The translations under genes and the position numbers were made by a program. The notes beneath the pieces were generated by a model. It saw nothing but the letters and a program-made list of their open reading frames with translations, did not search any database and was not told the DNA's origin. Below, one piece after another: positions 1 to 13,068 of a stretch of 64,000 bases of DNA (the first letter of the stretch is position 1; every line of letters starts with the position of its first letter). Origin of the DNA: Balanoglossus misakiensis (Eukaryota; Animalia; Hemichordata); NCBI GenBank assembly GCA_040954595.2, contig CM082588.2, forward strand, positions 11,917,398-11,981,397. Direction: 5' to 3'.

Positions 1-735
1 ACCGCAGAGGGCGCTATACTATATGACCATCAACTGAGTATCATTCAAATACTCTGTGCACAGTGGGTAAAGACACATTTGGTTTTTTAGGAGACTTTCA
101 TCAGTTGCAGTAAAATACAACGTGACTACACTATATACACCAATGAGAATGGCCGTGTAATTCAGAGAGTGCTTGATATTAAAACTGTTTCATAGTTGTG
201 GCCTTTACTGCTGATAATTAGGTTACCATAGATACAAGCCCAATGCAACATGACAGGGATAAACATATGCAAAGACAAGATTTAACCCCACCTCCATAAT
301 CAAAATACTACCACAGAGGGCGCTATACTATATGACCATCAACTGAGTATCATTCAAATACTCTGTGCACAGTGGGTAAAGACACATTTGGTTTTTTAGG
401 AGACTTTCATCAGTTGCAGTAAAATACAACGTGACTACACTATATACACCAATGAGAATGGCCGTGTAATTCAGAGAGTGCTTGATATTAAAACTGTTTC
501 ATAGTTGCGGCCTTTACTGCTGATAATTAGGTTACCATAGATACAAGTGGAATGGAACCGGACAGGGATAAACATACAAAGGCTAGGTTAACCCCCCCCC
601 CCCAAATACTACCACAGAGGGCGCTATACTGATCATCAAGTCAGTACCATTGAAATAAATCTGTGCAGAGTGGGTAAATTAGGCATTTGGTTCTTCAGAT
701 TTTCATAAGTTGCACTAAAATGCTATGTGGCCCAC
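1..735. repeat. Tandem repeat, ~309-bp unit, two near-identical copies plus a diverged partial third (may extend left of the window)
   Basis: Unit start acc(g/a)cagagggcgctatact recurs at 1, 310 and 611; 1-240 and 310-545 match almost base for base. Confidence 0.92.
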
Positions 736-849
736 TACAAGGACAAATAAGTCAAAAATGGCAAATTTGACGTTTACTTTGAGGTTGGCATGGGGCAAAC
801 GAGACAATACAAGAACACTGAAACTCAATTAGTGAAACACTAAAGTTGT

Positions 850-3240
850 ACTTTATTTCTCTAACAAACTTAGAGAAAATTTACATGGCCATCTTTTTAC
901 TCAGAGACCTGATGTTGAATAGAAATGTGGTAGTGCAGGTCCACATGAGTGCCGTGTACTAGCCTCTCTCTCTGCAAATCCATCCACAACTTGCATGCAG
1001 ATAGTGGGAGTCTGATGTAAGCAACTACTGCAGTTAATACTTACAAAGTGTATTCCCTCCAACACCCCATGGACGGTATCATGTCATCACCAGTAGCTAT
1101 ATGTTCTTCTAACACCTTGAGAGAAAAAAATGGATTGTTACTGATAGATTACAAAGCACTGACAATACAAGAGGGGGAGGGGTAAGGTTTGTTGAGAGCA
1201 GTTGTTTTTTGCTAAACATTAGTGAAAATATGAAATTATTGACATGTAGGATTTAAATTTTATGATGTAAGAGTATTTTATAATATCTCACCGGGACTTC
1301 AGTTGTCGCTGTAGTATTTAACCCAAGTTTAACTGTGCCACCCATGTCCATGCATGGCAAGGTTTTCTCTCCCAAAAGTTTCAGTTTGGTATCCCAGTTA
1401 CCATCAGTTGCACTTACTCCACGCCTTCTAAGTTGAATGCGATTTACCATCACAGGATTCATACTGTGGTGCAAAGACAATTAAAAACATCGATTGTAAG
1501 TCATTTGGTAGTGATACCATTGTGACCAAACCTCGTTTTAAAATACATGTAATCTGTCCTCGAAACTATCATTGTTTTTTTTCTAGAATATTAGAACGCG
1601 TTCAAAAATAAAAATGCGACCTGTAAGCGAGTGCCGCGTTTCAATTGGTACTGACGATAAACACCGCCACTCGGAGATAAAATCAACGTTTTTCTTAAAT
1701 GCAAGTGAACGCATGGAGGCGGCCATATTGAATTTAGGTTACATCCCAAGACATTCCGACTGGGCTTCAGGTGGATTCGGGAAAGGTCTCTAAAACATAA
1801 TCGGTCATCCAATTTTGTATACTAAATTTCTAAAAATGTAGGACATGGGAGGTTAACATACCCACAATGACTACACACAAAAAAGGGCCCAGGCGTTTCG
1901 GGGTGCGATTGTTACGTACCTTAGCTCCATCATCTGCAACCGTGCAGCCAAGGCGTGGCAGTGAAATTGTGCCTCATTGAGGATACAGTCTAGATCCGGA
2001 ATTCAGCCAACGGCAAACTGTTTAGCGTGCCTTGTATGCAGCAGGATGGCAACGTTCTGGAACTTAAATTCTGGAAAGAAAATCCGAAATAGCTGAACAG
2101 ATAACAGAAGAGAGAATACATACAGCTCCGCAACTTTTCCACTGGAAGATATAATACCATTTGCCTCTATGATAGAGCAAAGGTATGTTATAATCGCACC
2201 CCGAAACTTATGGGCCTTTTTTTTGCCGTAGTCATTTTGGGTATCTTAACCTCCCATCTTCTACATTTTTAGAAATTTACTCTACAAAATTGAATGACCC
2301 ATTACATTTTAGAGACCTTTCCCGAATTCAACCGAAGCCCAATGGGAAGGTCTTCGGATGTAATCCAATATGGCAGCCTCCATGCGATCACGTACATTGA
2401 AAATCCATTGATTTCATCGCCGATTACCGATGTTTATCGTCAATACCGATTCAAACGCGGCACTCGTTTACAAGTCGCATTTATTTTTGATCGCGTTCCA
2501 ATATTTTAAACAAACTAGATTACTGATAAAAATGCTCAAATTTTTTCCTCCAAATGCCACCTTTACGGATTCAGTCACACAACTTACAGACTACGCCAAA
2601 CTTTTTTCCAGATCATACCTTGCGGGCGAAAAGCGATGGATATACCTGAAAAATTGGTAACAGAATTTTATCATCCGCCACAAATAATGATATCAGAAGT
2701 CGAGATATCTCCACAGAAGAAGAGGGTGTGCGTTGTAGGAAAAGTCCATGATGTGAGTACTGTCAAATGTTGCACAAATAGCCGTTAAACCTGAAATATA
2801 GATTGAAAGTGGATATTGTTTTACACAATTTTTGAACATTGAAGTAAAGTATTATAATGATGGAATCCGATAAAAAAGTGAGTTGGTAATTTCGGCATCC
2901 GACTTCGTTATTAAAAATGGAAAGGTTTGCGATTCGGTTCAAGTAGTATTTGCAAGTTTGAAAGGAAATATTTCATTGAAGTACAGTGGCAACTACTGCA
3001 TCATTGAGAATCTTTGAAATGTTGATGAACGGAGACTTATAATAGAATAAATGAAAACCTACCTTTAACGGTGTTAGGGTTACTACACCTGACAGACCGC
3101 TGGTCTGCGTCCGACCGATTCTGAGCTCCTACCTCTTGTGGAGACATGCGGAGGTACAGCGGGTTAACGGTTAGAAAGTGTTGATGAAAGCAATGATTAA
3201 TTACATAGGCCAATCAGGATCCTGGAGTTAGATATTCGAG
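850..3240 (-). pseudogene. Decayed, rearranged paralog of the OB-fold gene at 4.8-6.1 kb
   Basis: 2781-3240 is the reverse complement of ~4735-5181 (upstream exon/intron). 1590-1935 is the reverse complement of the donor/intron seen at 2180-2500 and 5445-5680. ORF 1253-1480 (ATDGNWDTKLKLLGEK...GGTVKLG...LNTTATTEV) matches exon 5872-6078 but with indels. Possible AATAAA near 852-857. Confidence 0.7.
1946..2505 (+). pseudogene. Inverted patch: copy of OB-fold coding exon 1 plus intron, with a nonsense change
   Basis: Near-identical to 5220-5685 (gccaaggcgtggc...aaatccatt). The TGG of ENPKW reads TAG at ~2089-2091, and there is a small indel near 1985. Confidence 0.85.
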
Positions 3241-5184
3241 TGAAATGGTGGAAAAACGGGAATGCCGATTGGTTCAATTTAACCGGAGGGAAATTGCTAC
3301 ATTATATGACGTCAGTTGCGAACGATAATGCATATATTAAGCTAAGGTTGAATCCGGTTTTTCCATCAAGCACAACCATATTTCAGTCATATAAAAAACG
3401 AAGAAAATAACACTAAAAAAATATTTCCTTTTTAAAAACTTCACTATAGCATTATTATAATGATGTACGTCGTACATAACATGATACACGTGACATCTTC
3501 TTGTTCAGAGTTTTAAAACAGGTAGAGAGTGCCCATGGGTAACCCGAAAACACACAAACCGGGTAAAAAAATGAAAGTCCTGCGAAGGCCAGGAGTATAC
3601 ACTGAAAAATTACAATAAATCTAGTACAAAAGTTTGTATCCTCACGAATAATTAACTCTGATTGCATAAGTTTATTTCCGTCTCATTACCTTCTGAAAGC
3701 AAATCACTCACTTGCCGGTAAAAGTTGAGTAAAATACTACATCTAAACTGCATAGCGATGGCGGCCCATAAAAATAATTGCCCAGTGTCCCACTTGCAAT
3801 GCACAACTTTTTAGGCCAAGTGCTAATGATATTCGAATTTTTGAAGGTTACGCAATATACACATACATGTATAAATATTAATTTATGAACAATTTCCAGT
3901 GTTCACGCTGGGATTTCTTTCGTTCTAGTTTACTCGTTACATAATGTACCAATTCCCTCCGGTAAGTTGAGCCGATTCCCATCACTTTGAGCCAATCGAT
4001 ATTCATGGTTTTTCAGCATTTCAGTCGACTATATTTACACCTGTTGCATGTCTTTGCAGTTTTTGACTTGACGCTTACAACCGAGTCGCACCGCACGCAG
4101 TACTATCTTGTTGTCTTCATGTTTAGTTGTTGTTTTGCGCACACTATTTGCACAAAAATATCTGCTCGTTTTGTTATCAACGATCGAGTATATGTTAGGA
4201 AGTCCGACATAGAGAACTTTGTTCTAAATATTCAATGCCCCACAAATGATATACTAGACTGCTCGACACAACACACCCCAGCCATACTCCATTAGTACAC
4301 GCCACAAACACCGTATTTATACAGCCTGAGGGATTTCAGCTTCGAACTTATTGCCCAATCATATTCGACTATTTCCAACCAATCCCCTTCTGACTAATTG
4401 ACCAATCACACGCTTCGAGCATAATTTCCAAAAAAGGGAAAACTAACCAATTTGCTACATCTTTCCGGTTTCATCTTCAACAGTTTCTAACATTTTTTTG
4501 GACCCCCCCCCCCCTCGATAAACACCCATACTCAAAGGGTAACTTCATTTAATTGTCAGTAAATAAAATCAATTCACAGTCTTATTACATGTACTATTTA
4601 TAATATACTCAAATTTCCACTACAAAGTATCTGTATATGTGCGTTAAATTCTGAAATCTTTCCACCCAAACCTCTAGTTATGCAAATTTAAATTGCTGTC
4701 TGTTGCGTTCGCCTACGGTTTCTCATTTTCGGACATTCGAATCTAACTCCTGATTGGCCTATAAACTTATTTCTTTCATCAACACTTTCTAACCGTTAAC
4801 CCGCTGTACCTCCGCATGTCTCCACAAGAGCTAGGAGCTCAGAATCGGATGAACGAGACAAGCGGTCTCTCACGTTTAGTAACCGTAACACCGTTAAAGG
4901 TAGGTTTTCATTGATTCTAATAAGTCTCCGTTCAACAACATTTCAAAGATTCTCCATAACCCAGTAGTTGCCACTGTGCTTCAATGAAATATTTCCTTTC
5001 AAACTTGCAAATGGTAACCGAATCTCAAATCGCAAATCTTTCCATTTTTAATAACGAAGTCGGATGCCGCAATCACCAACTCACTTTTTTATCGGACTCC
5101 ATCATTCTAATACTTTACTTCAATGTTCAAAAATTGTGTAAAACAATATCCACTCTCAATCTATATTTCAGGTTTAACGGCGTT

Positions 5185-6078
5185 ATGGCATCCCCGGCTC
5201 CCGGTCCCTCATCCCCAACCAGCCAAGGCGTGGCACTGAAATTGCGCGTCATGGAGGATGTCGAGATCCGGAATTCCGCCAACGGGAAACTGTTTAGCGT
5301 GCCTTGTATGCAGCAGGATGGCAACGTTCTGGAACTTAAATTCTGGAAAGAAAATCCGAAGTGGCTGAACAGATTACAGAAGGGAGAATACGTACAGCTC
5401 CGCAACTTTTCCACTGGAAGAGATAATACCATTTGCCTCTATGATAGAGCAAAGGTACGTTATAATCGCACCCCGAAACTTATGGGCCTGACTTTTTTTT
5501 TGCCGTAGTCATTTTGGGTATCTTAACCTCCCATCTTCTACATTTTTAGAAATTTACTCTACAAAATTGAATGACCCATTACATTTTAGAGACCTTTCCC
5601 GAATTCAACCGAAGCCCAATGGGAAGGTCTTCGGATGTAATCCAATATGGCAGCCTCCATGCGATCACGTACATTGAAAATCCATTTATATGATACAACC
5701 ATGCCTTGTCAACTCACCTCGGGTCAAAATTACTGCCATCGATTCATCATTTTGCAGTTCAAATTTTAAAAAGCAACTGACAAAAAACAACCACTCTTGC
5801 ACTATTTCTCCACAACATTTACTACTCGTAATTATTAACATTCAATGTTTTCCATTTTATTTCCACTACAGTATGAATCAGTGACACATACATCGAATTC
5901 TACAAAGAGACGTAAACTGACCATAACTGATGGCACAAGAGATGCTGAAGTCAACCTTTGGGGTGAGAAAACAGCGCTGCCACTGGATGTAGGTGCCACA
6001 GTTAAACTAGGCCCATTGGTTATCAACAGATATAAAACATCGTCCACATTAAATACAACAGCGACAACTGAAGTGGAG
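5185..6078 (+). CDS. Spliced tandem OB-fold (RPA/SSB-like nucleic-acid binding) protein, coding exons 5185-5454 and 5872-6078; 3' end lost
   Basis: ATG at 5185 follows acceptor tatttcag (5171); upstream donor aaag|gtaggt at 4900; donor aag|gtacgt at 5455; acceptor ccactacag at 5871; donor gag|gtgaga at 6079; both introns phase 0. KRRKLTITDGTRDAEVNLWGE and FSVPCMQQDGNVLELKFW...LQKGEYVQLRNF fit OB-fold strand patterns (recognised by eye). Confidence 0.6.
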
Positions 6079-6099
6079 GTGAGACATAAAATACTGTTC

Positions 6100-7525
6100 C
6101 TGATGCTCCGTGAGAACTGTCAAGTAGCCACGGTTCTAGGCGACATAGGATGGATGTCCACGGTACGGGAGGAGGCCATGCATGTATACGGGAAGGAAAA
6201 GACCGAAGCCAACCTGCCCGTACCATCCGACGCAGCCATAAAAACCTGCACACTACCTCGGGAGTTCAATCCAGGCCGCGTACGTGGGGGATTCGTTGGC
6301 CATATCTCCCCACAAGAGCCCACAAGAACCACCACCGCAGCTGACGACCTGGAGGAAACTTTGAGCATCTTCCGGGATCCGCAGCTGGAAAAACAGGTAC
6401 TCGGTGGCGACAAGGACCAGGCGATGGAGGTGTCGGAAGGGCCAGACCCACCCCGCACCCGTGTATCACCCCCAATAGCAGTAGCGAGAGACGGGGGAAA
6501 CCAACGGCTGCTGCAGGAGCCATCACCCCCACGCCAAGAAATGCTGCCGCTGCAGTCACTGATCAACCCATTGGAGCTGGAGGCGACGTTGGAGGCGGGG
6601 GAATATCTAATCCCCTGGGAACTTCGACGCCACCCCGGCAGCCCTACTAGGTCCAGATCCCCAACCCGGTCGCCGCGACCGGAGCGTTCTCGAGAGGAAA
6701 GGCGGGACCGCCCACCTTCCCGTGAACGACCATCCTTTTCACGCTGGGGAGATCTCAGCCCCAGACGTCGATCACCGATCCGGTATCCGACGCTGGAACC
6801 GCCCAAAGAAGACGAACGCTGCTGGAGGAGCGCCAGGCCGGCCCGAAGGAGCCCCCTATCCTCTGTTCCACATTACTCATCAGGCCCTTCTCCATGTCCG
6901 TTCCCGGGAGGCCGGAGGTCCACGCGCAAACTGAAGAAACACGCCTTTCAGTGCCACCTTCCAGTTATTTTTACTGAGAAGCCGGTAGTATTCCGCGAGC
7001 GGGACGCGGTGGAGGCGTTAGAGAAACTCACCTATACTGGCTGTGTGGTCCAGGAAATGAAATACCCGACCTGCTAGACTTTTATATCCGCAGGGGCGGA
7101 CCTGGACGGATCCCTACGGAATCCTTTTGTTCACCGGAGTCCATGGTGATGATGAAGCGCCTGTGCGTCTTCCAGGGGTGGGAGGTGCCGAACAGGTTCC
7201 GACTGAGCTCCCCCACCACACCAGCGATTCTCATCCACTGGCGTGTCCTTAGCATACTGCTGAGGTGTGTATCCCAATCACGACAGGAAGAATTCCGGGA
7301 AATCCGACCTCACCGGAAAACATCATCAATCCGGACACAGCAACCAGAGAGGACGGGGGCGGAAGCAGTCGCACAGAATCCATCGACGCAGGGGGAGCGA
7401 GGACGCGCCAGGGGTTTTTGATGCATTTTTTATCCCCCAAGCGTGCGCGGAAGAGTGCCGAGTGGAAGACGCGCCCACCACCATAGATGACCTCACTGAC
7501 TACGATGTTGGTGTCCCCCCCCCCG
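6100..7525 (+). mobile_element. GC-rich, intronless, degenerate TE-like coding fragment (Pro/Arg/Ser-rich linker, then an SPTTPAILIHWRVL motif), probably an accessory ORF of a retroelement
   Basis: Abrupt GC rise ~20 bp after the 6079 splice donor; long open frame to 7077, then stop/frameshift-broken continuation (7143-7421, 7267-7560). Family assignment rests on recollection only. Confidence 0.45.
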
Positions 7526-7984
7526 CATGTTTAAAGGTTTCTATAGAAAAGCATTGTTGAGGTTCACAAAACTTTGAAGAAGCTTTGCAACCCTAACTTT
7601 GGCCAAAGATTTGAATGTTAAGGTTTCACAAACGTAGTTACAGCTGAGGTTCAACTAAGACTAGTATAAGAGGCTTCAGCACGCCAAGTCTTGTAGCAAG
7701 CTTCAACACAAAGCTTTTTGCAACATTGTTCAAAGCGTTGTCAAAGGTACTGCACAACCCTGGTGAAGTAGTGCTATATTTTCAATTAAATGGCTTAAGC
7801 CATTTGTCTCTCCAACCAGAATTGCACCAGAGTTAAATACACACAGCTTGAAATTGTAAAATGTTGCAAAATCAAACGATCACATCCTTACACCTATTAT
7901 TAGAACCAGAAGTTGAGTCAAAATTTTCCTACCTAGAAATTTTCTTTCCTATGAAGTTTTTTGCTTATTGGCATTCATATGGGA

Positions 7985-8345
7985 GCCTAGACCTATTCCA
8001 GCTGAGTTGCCAAAATGGCAATGTTGGACAATTCTTCTAATATGCATGATCAAAAATGGCCGCCAAATACCTTCTCTAAAATAAAACTTGGCCCTTTTTT
8101 CTCAAAATTATGTGAAATATCTAAAATTTCAGGATTTGCATCCATATTGGTTATGTATTGCAAATATGGCAGTGTTTGGCAACTTTTCTATTTTGCATAA
8201 TCAAAAATGGCCGCCAATCACCACTAAAAGTGAAATTTTGCCATGTTTCCCAAAATGATGCGCAATATCGTATTTTCAGGATTAGCACATTCATATGGGT
8301 ACCTTTAACAATACAACTGTGTTGCAAATTTGGCAGTGTTACCGT
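7985..8345 (+). repeat. Degenerate ~160-bp tandem units related to the 39.9-40.6 kb array
   Basis: Repeated (ttg)cataatcaaaaatggccgcc...atatgggtacc motifs at ~8045 and ~8195. Confidence 0.6.
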
Positions 8346-8589
8346 ACTAATCATGAAGCAAGGAAGTGCAACCTCTGTATCCCAAATATATGTCTATCCC
8401 CACTGATAGGAGTCACAAAGAGCCAGCCCCTCTGCATCATCCTGTTCCTCAATCTCACGATGGGAATCTTTTTCAGAATTCCGACCTCAAAACATCCAGG
8501 GATTCACCATCATTCACCACACCCTCGTCAGTATCCACCATGTTTAGATCCAATGCCTGAACATGTTGTCTCTTTATCTATGGATTGCG

Positions 8590-8990
8590 TTAAAGGCCAG
8601 TGGGAGTTTCATCTCCTTTTTTTGCAATTTTGACCATTTTTATCTGGTGCATAATGCTAGAGTACATATCATCCATACAGGATGATGCATGTACAGTGAT
8701 GGGAAATGTATCAATCCACTCCTGCACTAGATTTGCATACAGTGCCATCCCTTTTAGGGCTATTTTCTTGACCCTTTTGATAGTCTGCTGGCCAAAAGTG
8801 GCTGGCCAAAGTGGCCAGCAGAGACATTCTTCCAATACCCTTCATAGTGCCAACAGACAAGGCTTGGATATACAACCTGTGTTGCTTGTAAGGCACACAT
8901 CTCCAATTGGTACATTGGGCCAATTATACTGTACATGTACAGCTAGGAAAAAATATACTTCATCATAGTTTCCATGGTCAGCAGCTTCAA
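8590..8990 (-). pseudogene. Possible heavily frameshifted YqaJ/lambda-exonuclease-like remnant (partial mirror copy at 41060-41155, + strand)
   Basis: Joining frames gives AQC-QLEMCALQATQ..Y..VCWHYEG, resembling the QxQxxM...fv.W segment of YqaJ-type nucleases. This needs several indels, so support is weak. Confidence 0.25.
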
Positions 8991-9569
8991 TAACTTGTTG
9001 CCTTTTCTTACTGAACATTTAGACTTATAAAGAAGTATAACAAGAATAAAGTTGTCCAATTAGTGTTGGCAGGGGGGTGGGGGATGTGTTCTCCCATACA
9101 AAGGTGTATAGGTATGTAGTCTTTAAGAAAAACTTGGGGTAAATGACCAGAAAATTTGACTTATAATACGAATAGGTCGGGTTTTGGGCATTTACACGTG
9201 TTGATGTTATCGACTGGGGCGACAGACTACCATCCGAAAAAAATTGAAGTACCCCCCCCCCCCTCGGGTGCCGGCCAGTGGGATGGAGGTGATAGAAACT
9301 GTTGCAGATACAATAGAGGCCTACAACCTGAAAACCTTCTGGCTTTAACCGAGGACTTGCCATTAAAGATACCTGTAGGCCCCTATATGCTGCTCCCACA
9401 TACACTCCCAGTCCTAAACCTTGCATCTGATTTGTGGTGCAGATGAAGAATTAAGATTGGCTTGACAATTAGCACACTTAATTGCCTGTTATGAGATATA
9501 AGATATGATATGATTTATTAACATACAATAAGGCCACAGGCCCATAGAGCAAATAATTTACATGTGAAG

Positions 9570-12500
9570 TCAGCTGAGAGAGAGGAACTCCTCTCGTGTT
9601 TTCATTGCACAATAAATAAAGGATGCTAAATTATTTAAATATGTCACATTTTTGGTTCTCAACAGATATGTAAACTTATCAAATGAAGGATTTACATAAA
9701 GCCAGTTTGGCAGCATTTCCTTTCGAAGGTTAATATACATTGGACAAATGGAAATAAAATGAAATTCATCTTCAATACAATGATTGTTGTTCTTCAAACA
9801 AAATTTACAGAGCCTTTCATCTAGGGGAATATTTTCGTGGCGACCTTTCTCGATTTCCAGGGCATGTGAAGAGCAGCGGAATCTGGATAAAGCATTTCTG
9901 AATTTAAGAATATTGATACTACTGAGATATGTTTCTGGTTCAAGCATTGATTTGAATGTGTGATACGTGCGTAACTTTGGAGATGAATGTATCCCTTCAT
10001 ACCAGTTCTGCCTGGCGCAATCTTCAAGTCTCTGTGTAAAGACAGATAAAAACAAACTTGTGGAACCGACACCCTGGTTTAACCATACATGGCCAAATCC
10101 AAATTGACAAAGTAGGGTTTTGATATTAAAGGCCCAGTTAATTGATGGTATACCACGTTCTTCGGATAATCTACACAACATTACATAGCATTTATAAGGA
10201 TATCTGCTAGAGTCCATCTGCAAAATCTTTAACCAATACTTCACACAACTTTTAAAATACATTACACTTAGTGAAAATCTACCACATTCACCAGTTGCAG
10301 CTAAATCATTTGTTTTTCTGCTTACATTTAAAAGAAATTTACAAAACTGATAATGAACTTGTTCGACCTGAGGAGAATGCTCCCAGCCCCAAATTTCGCT
10401 GCCATACAAGAGAATTGGAGTGACATAAGTGTCAAAAAGTTTAAAAGAATCGGACAATGACAGTCCACCCAGCCTTCTCAATACAGTTTTCAATTGAAAC
10501 ATAGCTTTTCTTCCTTGTGAGGCTTGATTTCTCTTAGTTGGGCTCCAACTAAGTCTGGACGAGAAAACCAAACCTAAATATTTGTAATATGGAACAACTT
10601 CAATTTGTCTGTTACCCAGGAACCATTTTTCGTTATTTTTAAGGGGACCTCCTCTACGGAACACTATAATTTGAGTCTTATTTAAGTTAACACTCAACCC
10701 CCAATGAGAACACAAACGCTTAAGCTGATCAATTTGTCTCTGGGTGCGAATGGCAACATCCGATCCTTCAGCAATATCGTCTGCGTACATCAGAATATTG
10801 AGGTTCTTGGCTTCCTCATCTATATACACACCTTCGCAACCAAACTTATTTGAATACTCAACAAGATCATTAATGAATAAGGTGAACAATGTAGGGCTTA
10901 GCATACATCCTTGACGTGTTCCAATGGTACACTCAAAATAATCGGTTAAACCGACTGAAGTATTTACACAAGATTGTAAGTTACTATACATTGATCTTAA
11001 AACAGAAAGAACATTTCCATGAATGCCATATCTAATCAATTTATCCCACAGTAAGTCATGCTGAACAGAATCAAAGGCCTTTGAAAAGTCTATGAAAATA
11101 CAATAAAATCTTCCTTTTCGCACAGTCAAATGTTTTGCTACAATGGCTTGGAGGGTGAAAATATTATCGATGGTACTATAGCCATGCCGAAAGCCGGCCT
11201 GGGCTTCTGAAATAATTTTATTTTGTTGGCACCATTTTTGCAAACGAAAGTTCAAAGTTTTGGTAAAAATTTTACTAAGTACAGAAAGCAGGGAAATGCC
11301 TCTATAATTATTTACATCACTTAAACTTCCCTTTTTGTGAAGTGGTGCAATAATGGCTTTACTCCAACTGATTGGGAAGCTACCATTAGAGAAAATGTTG
11401 TTGAATAAAAGATGTAAAACACTGCTTAAACGTGGCCAGCTATACTTAAGTAATTCAATGACAAGACCGTCATGACCAGGTGATTTTCCATTTGGCATGC
11501 AGCTGATAGCTTTCTCAGTTTCCCTCATAGAAATAACTGCATTAAGGTCATGGGGAACATTTTCAAGACAGTCTATACAATGCTGATCATGAATTTCCAT
11601 TCTGTCAGCGACTGCTTCATGGAAAGCAGTGTCTGTATTAGCGCAATTTGAACTGTTAAGCAGTGAGCGAAAATGGTTGTGCCACTGATCTGTTGAAATA
11701 ACAACATTAGACGAAACAGTACGTCTCAGATTGCGTAAATACCCCCAAAACTTGATTGGGTCGTTCCTCGCCCCCAACAGTTCACGTTTTTGTTTCTGCT
11801 GAAACAACAATTTCTTCTGCTTGCAAATGGCTTTAAATTTGTTCTTTGCGATATGATATAAACACAAATCATTATTACTATTCGTAAGTCTGAATATATT
11901 AAGGAGTCTATACTTTTCATTTTTGGCGCGTCCACAGTCTGCATCCCACCAAACGGATTGTGCACGATGACGAGTGCCAGATTTGTTCTTGACTTTCATT
12001 TCTGAGGCCGCATAATCGAAGATGTCACTTATGGTCTGAATAGCTAGATCAGAACTGTCATTTGCAATATGGTCGCACACACTTGTAAGAAGTTGACACA
12101 CATGGCGATCTTCCATTTTCAGCTGGAACACGTCTGAGTACGTAGGATTCCATTTGAAGCGTTGCCTAGGTTGAGTATTGCACACAAAATCTATTTTTTT
12201 CTGGTACAGTGTACTGAATGTCAGTAAATTTACAACAAATAGGAAAATGGTCAGATATATCAATGGGTACACTTGAAAAATCTTCAACAAGTGAAAACAT
12301 TTCTGAAGACAAGATTACATAATCTATAACGCTAGCCCCATTGTTTGAAATACAGGTGTAATTGCCTTCTCTGTCACCAGGGAAGCGTCCATTCACAATA
12401 TGCAAATCAACTTGTTTACATAGTTCTAACAGCTGCCTTCCAAATAAATTGACACGTTTATCCTTCGAACTACGTGGTAAATCAAAGATGTCAGGTTCAT

Positions 12501-13068
12501 AGCCCAGTTGTAAATACACGTCATTGTCTTGTACTATATAATCATGTAAATCACCAGTGCGGGCGTTAAAATCGCCAGCTACTATTAAATAAAAATTATT
12601 GAACTCGGCATATGCTTCGGCAATGATATGCTCAATGTTTTCAATGCCATCCAGCGACTCATGTAAATATATTGATGAACTTTCTGGAGGCACGTATACT
12701 GCACACAACAAAACATCTCTATCCAGACCAAAAACAGTTTTATCAAAGATAACCAAAACAGCATTTTTAGAGTGCTTAAGCACTCTTTTAACGTATGGAG
12801 CTAAGTGATCAATAATGAAAATTGATGCGCCACCGGAGTGTCTCCCAAAACGACTATGTTTAGCATTAAATGTAGAAAAACATTTATACCCAACCACTGC
12901 ATTATCAAATTCACTTTCAAATTTTGCCCAGGTTTCATTTAGACATATTACAGGGTATTTATTTAAAAGTTCTATGAAGTCTGTATTCTTCAAGTGTTTG
13001 CGTAAGCCTTGAACATTCCATGAGAGAATAGCTAGCGATTTTTTGTGATGGTGGGCCCGGCCAAATTC
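9570..13068 (-). CDS. LINE ORF2: APE endonuclease + reverse transcriptase + C-terminal Cys/His domain; one +1 frameshift, probably in the A7 run at 12194-12200
   Basis: EN motifs SWNVQG, LNETW, GDFNAR, SVIDY, SDHFPI; RT motifs KSPGHDG, NYRGISLL, FIDFSKAFDSV, GTRQGCMLSP, LMYADD, YKYLG; C-terminal RLCKFC...IEDEFHFISICP. Confidence 0.95.

Noticed and set aside
5845-7077. A single genuine 410-aa gene
   Set aside because: Starts in intron sequence, crosses a splice donor at 6079 and a sharp GC shift; it is a chance fusion of an exon and an inserted fragment.
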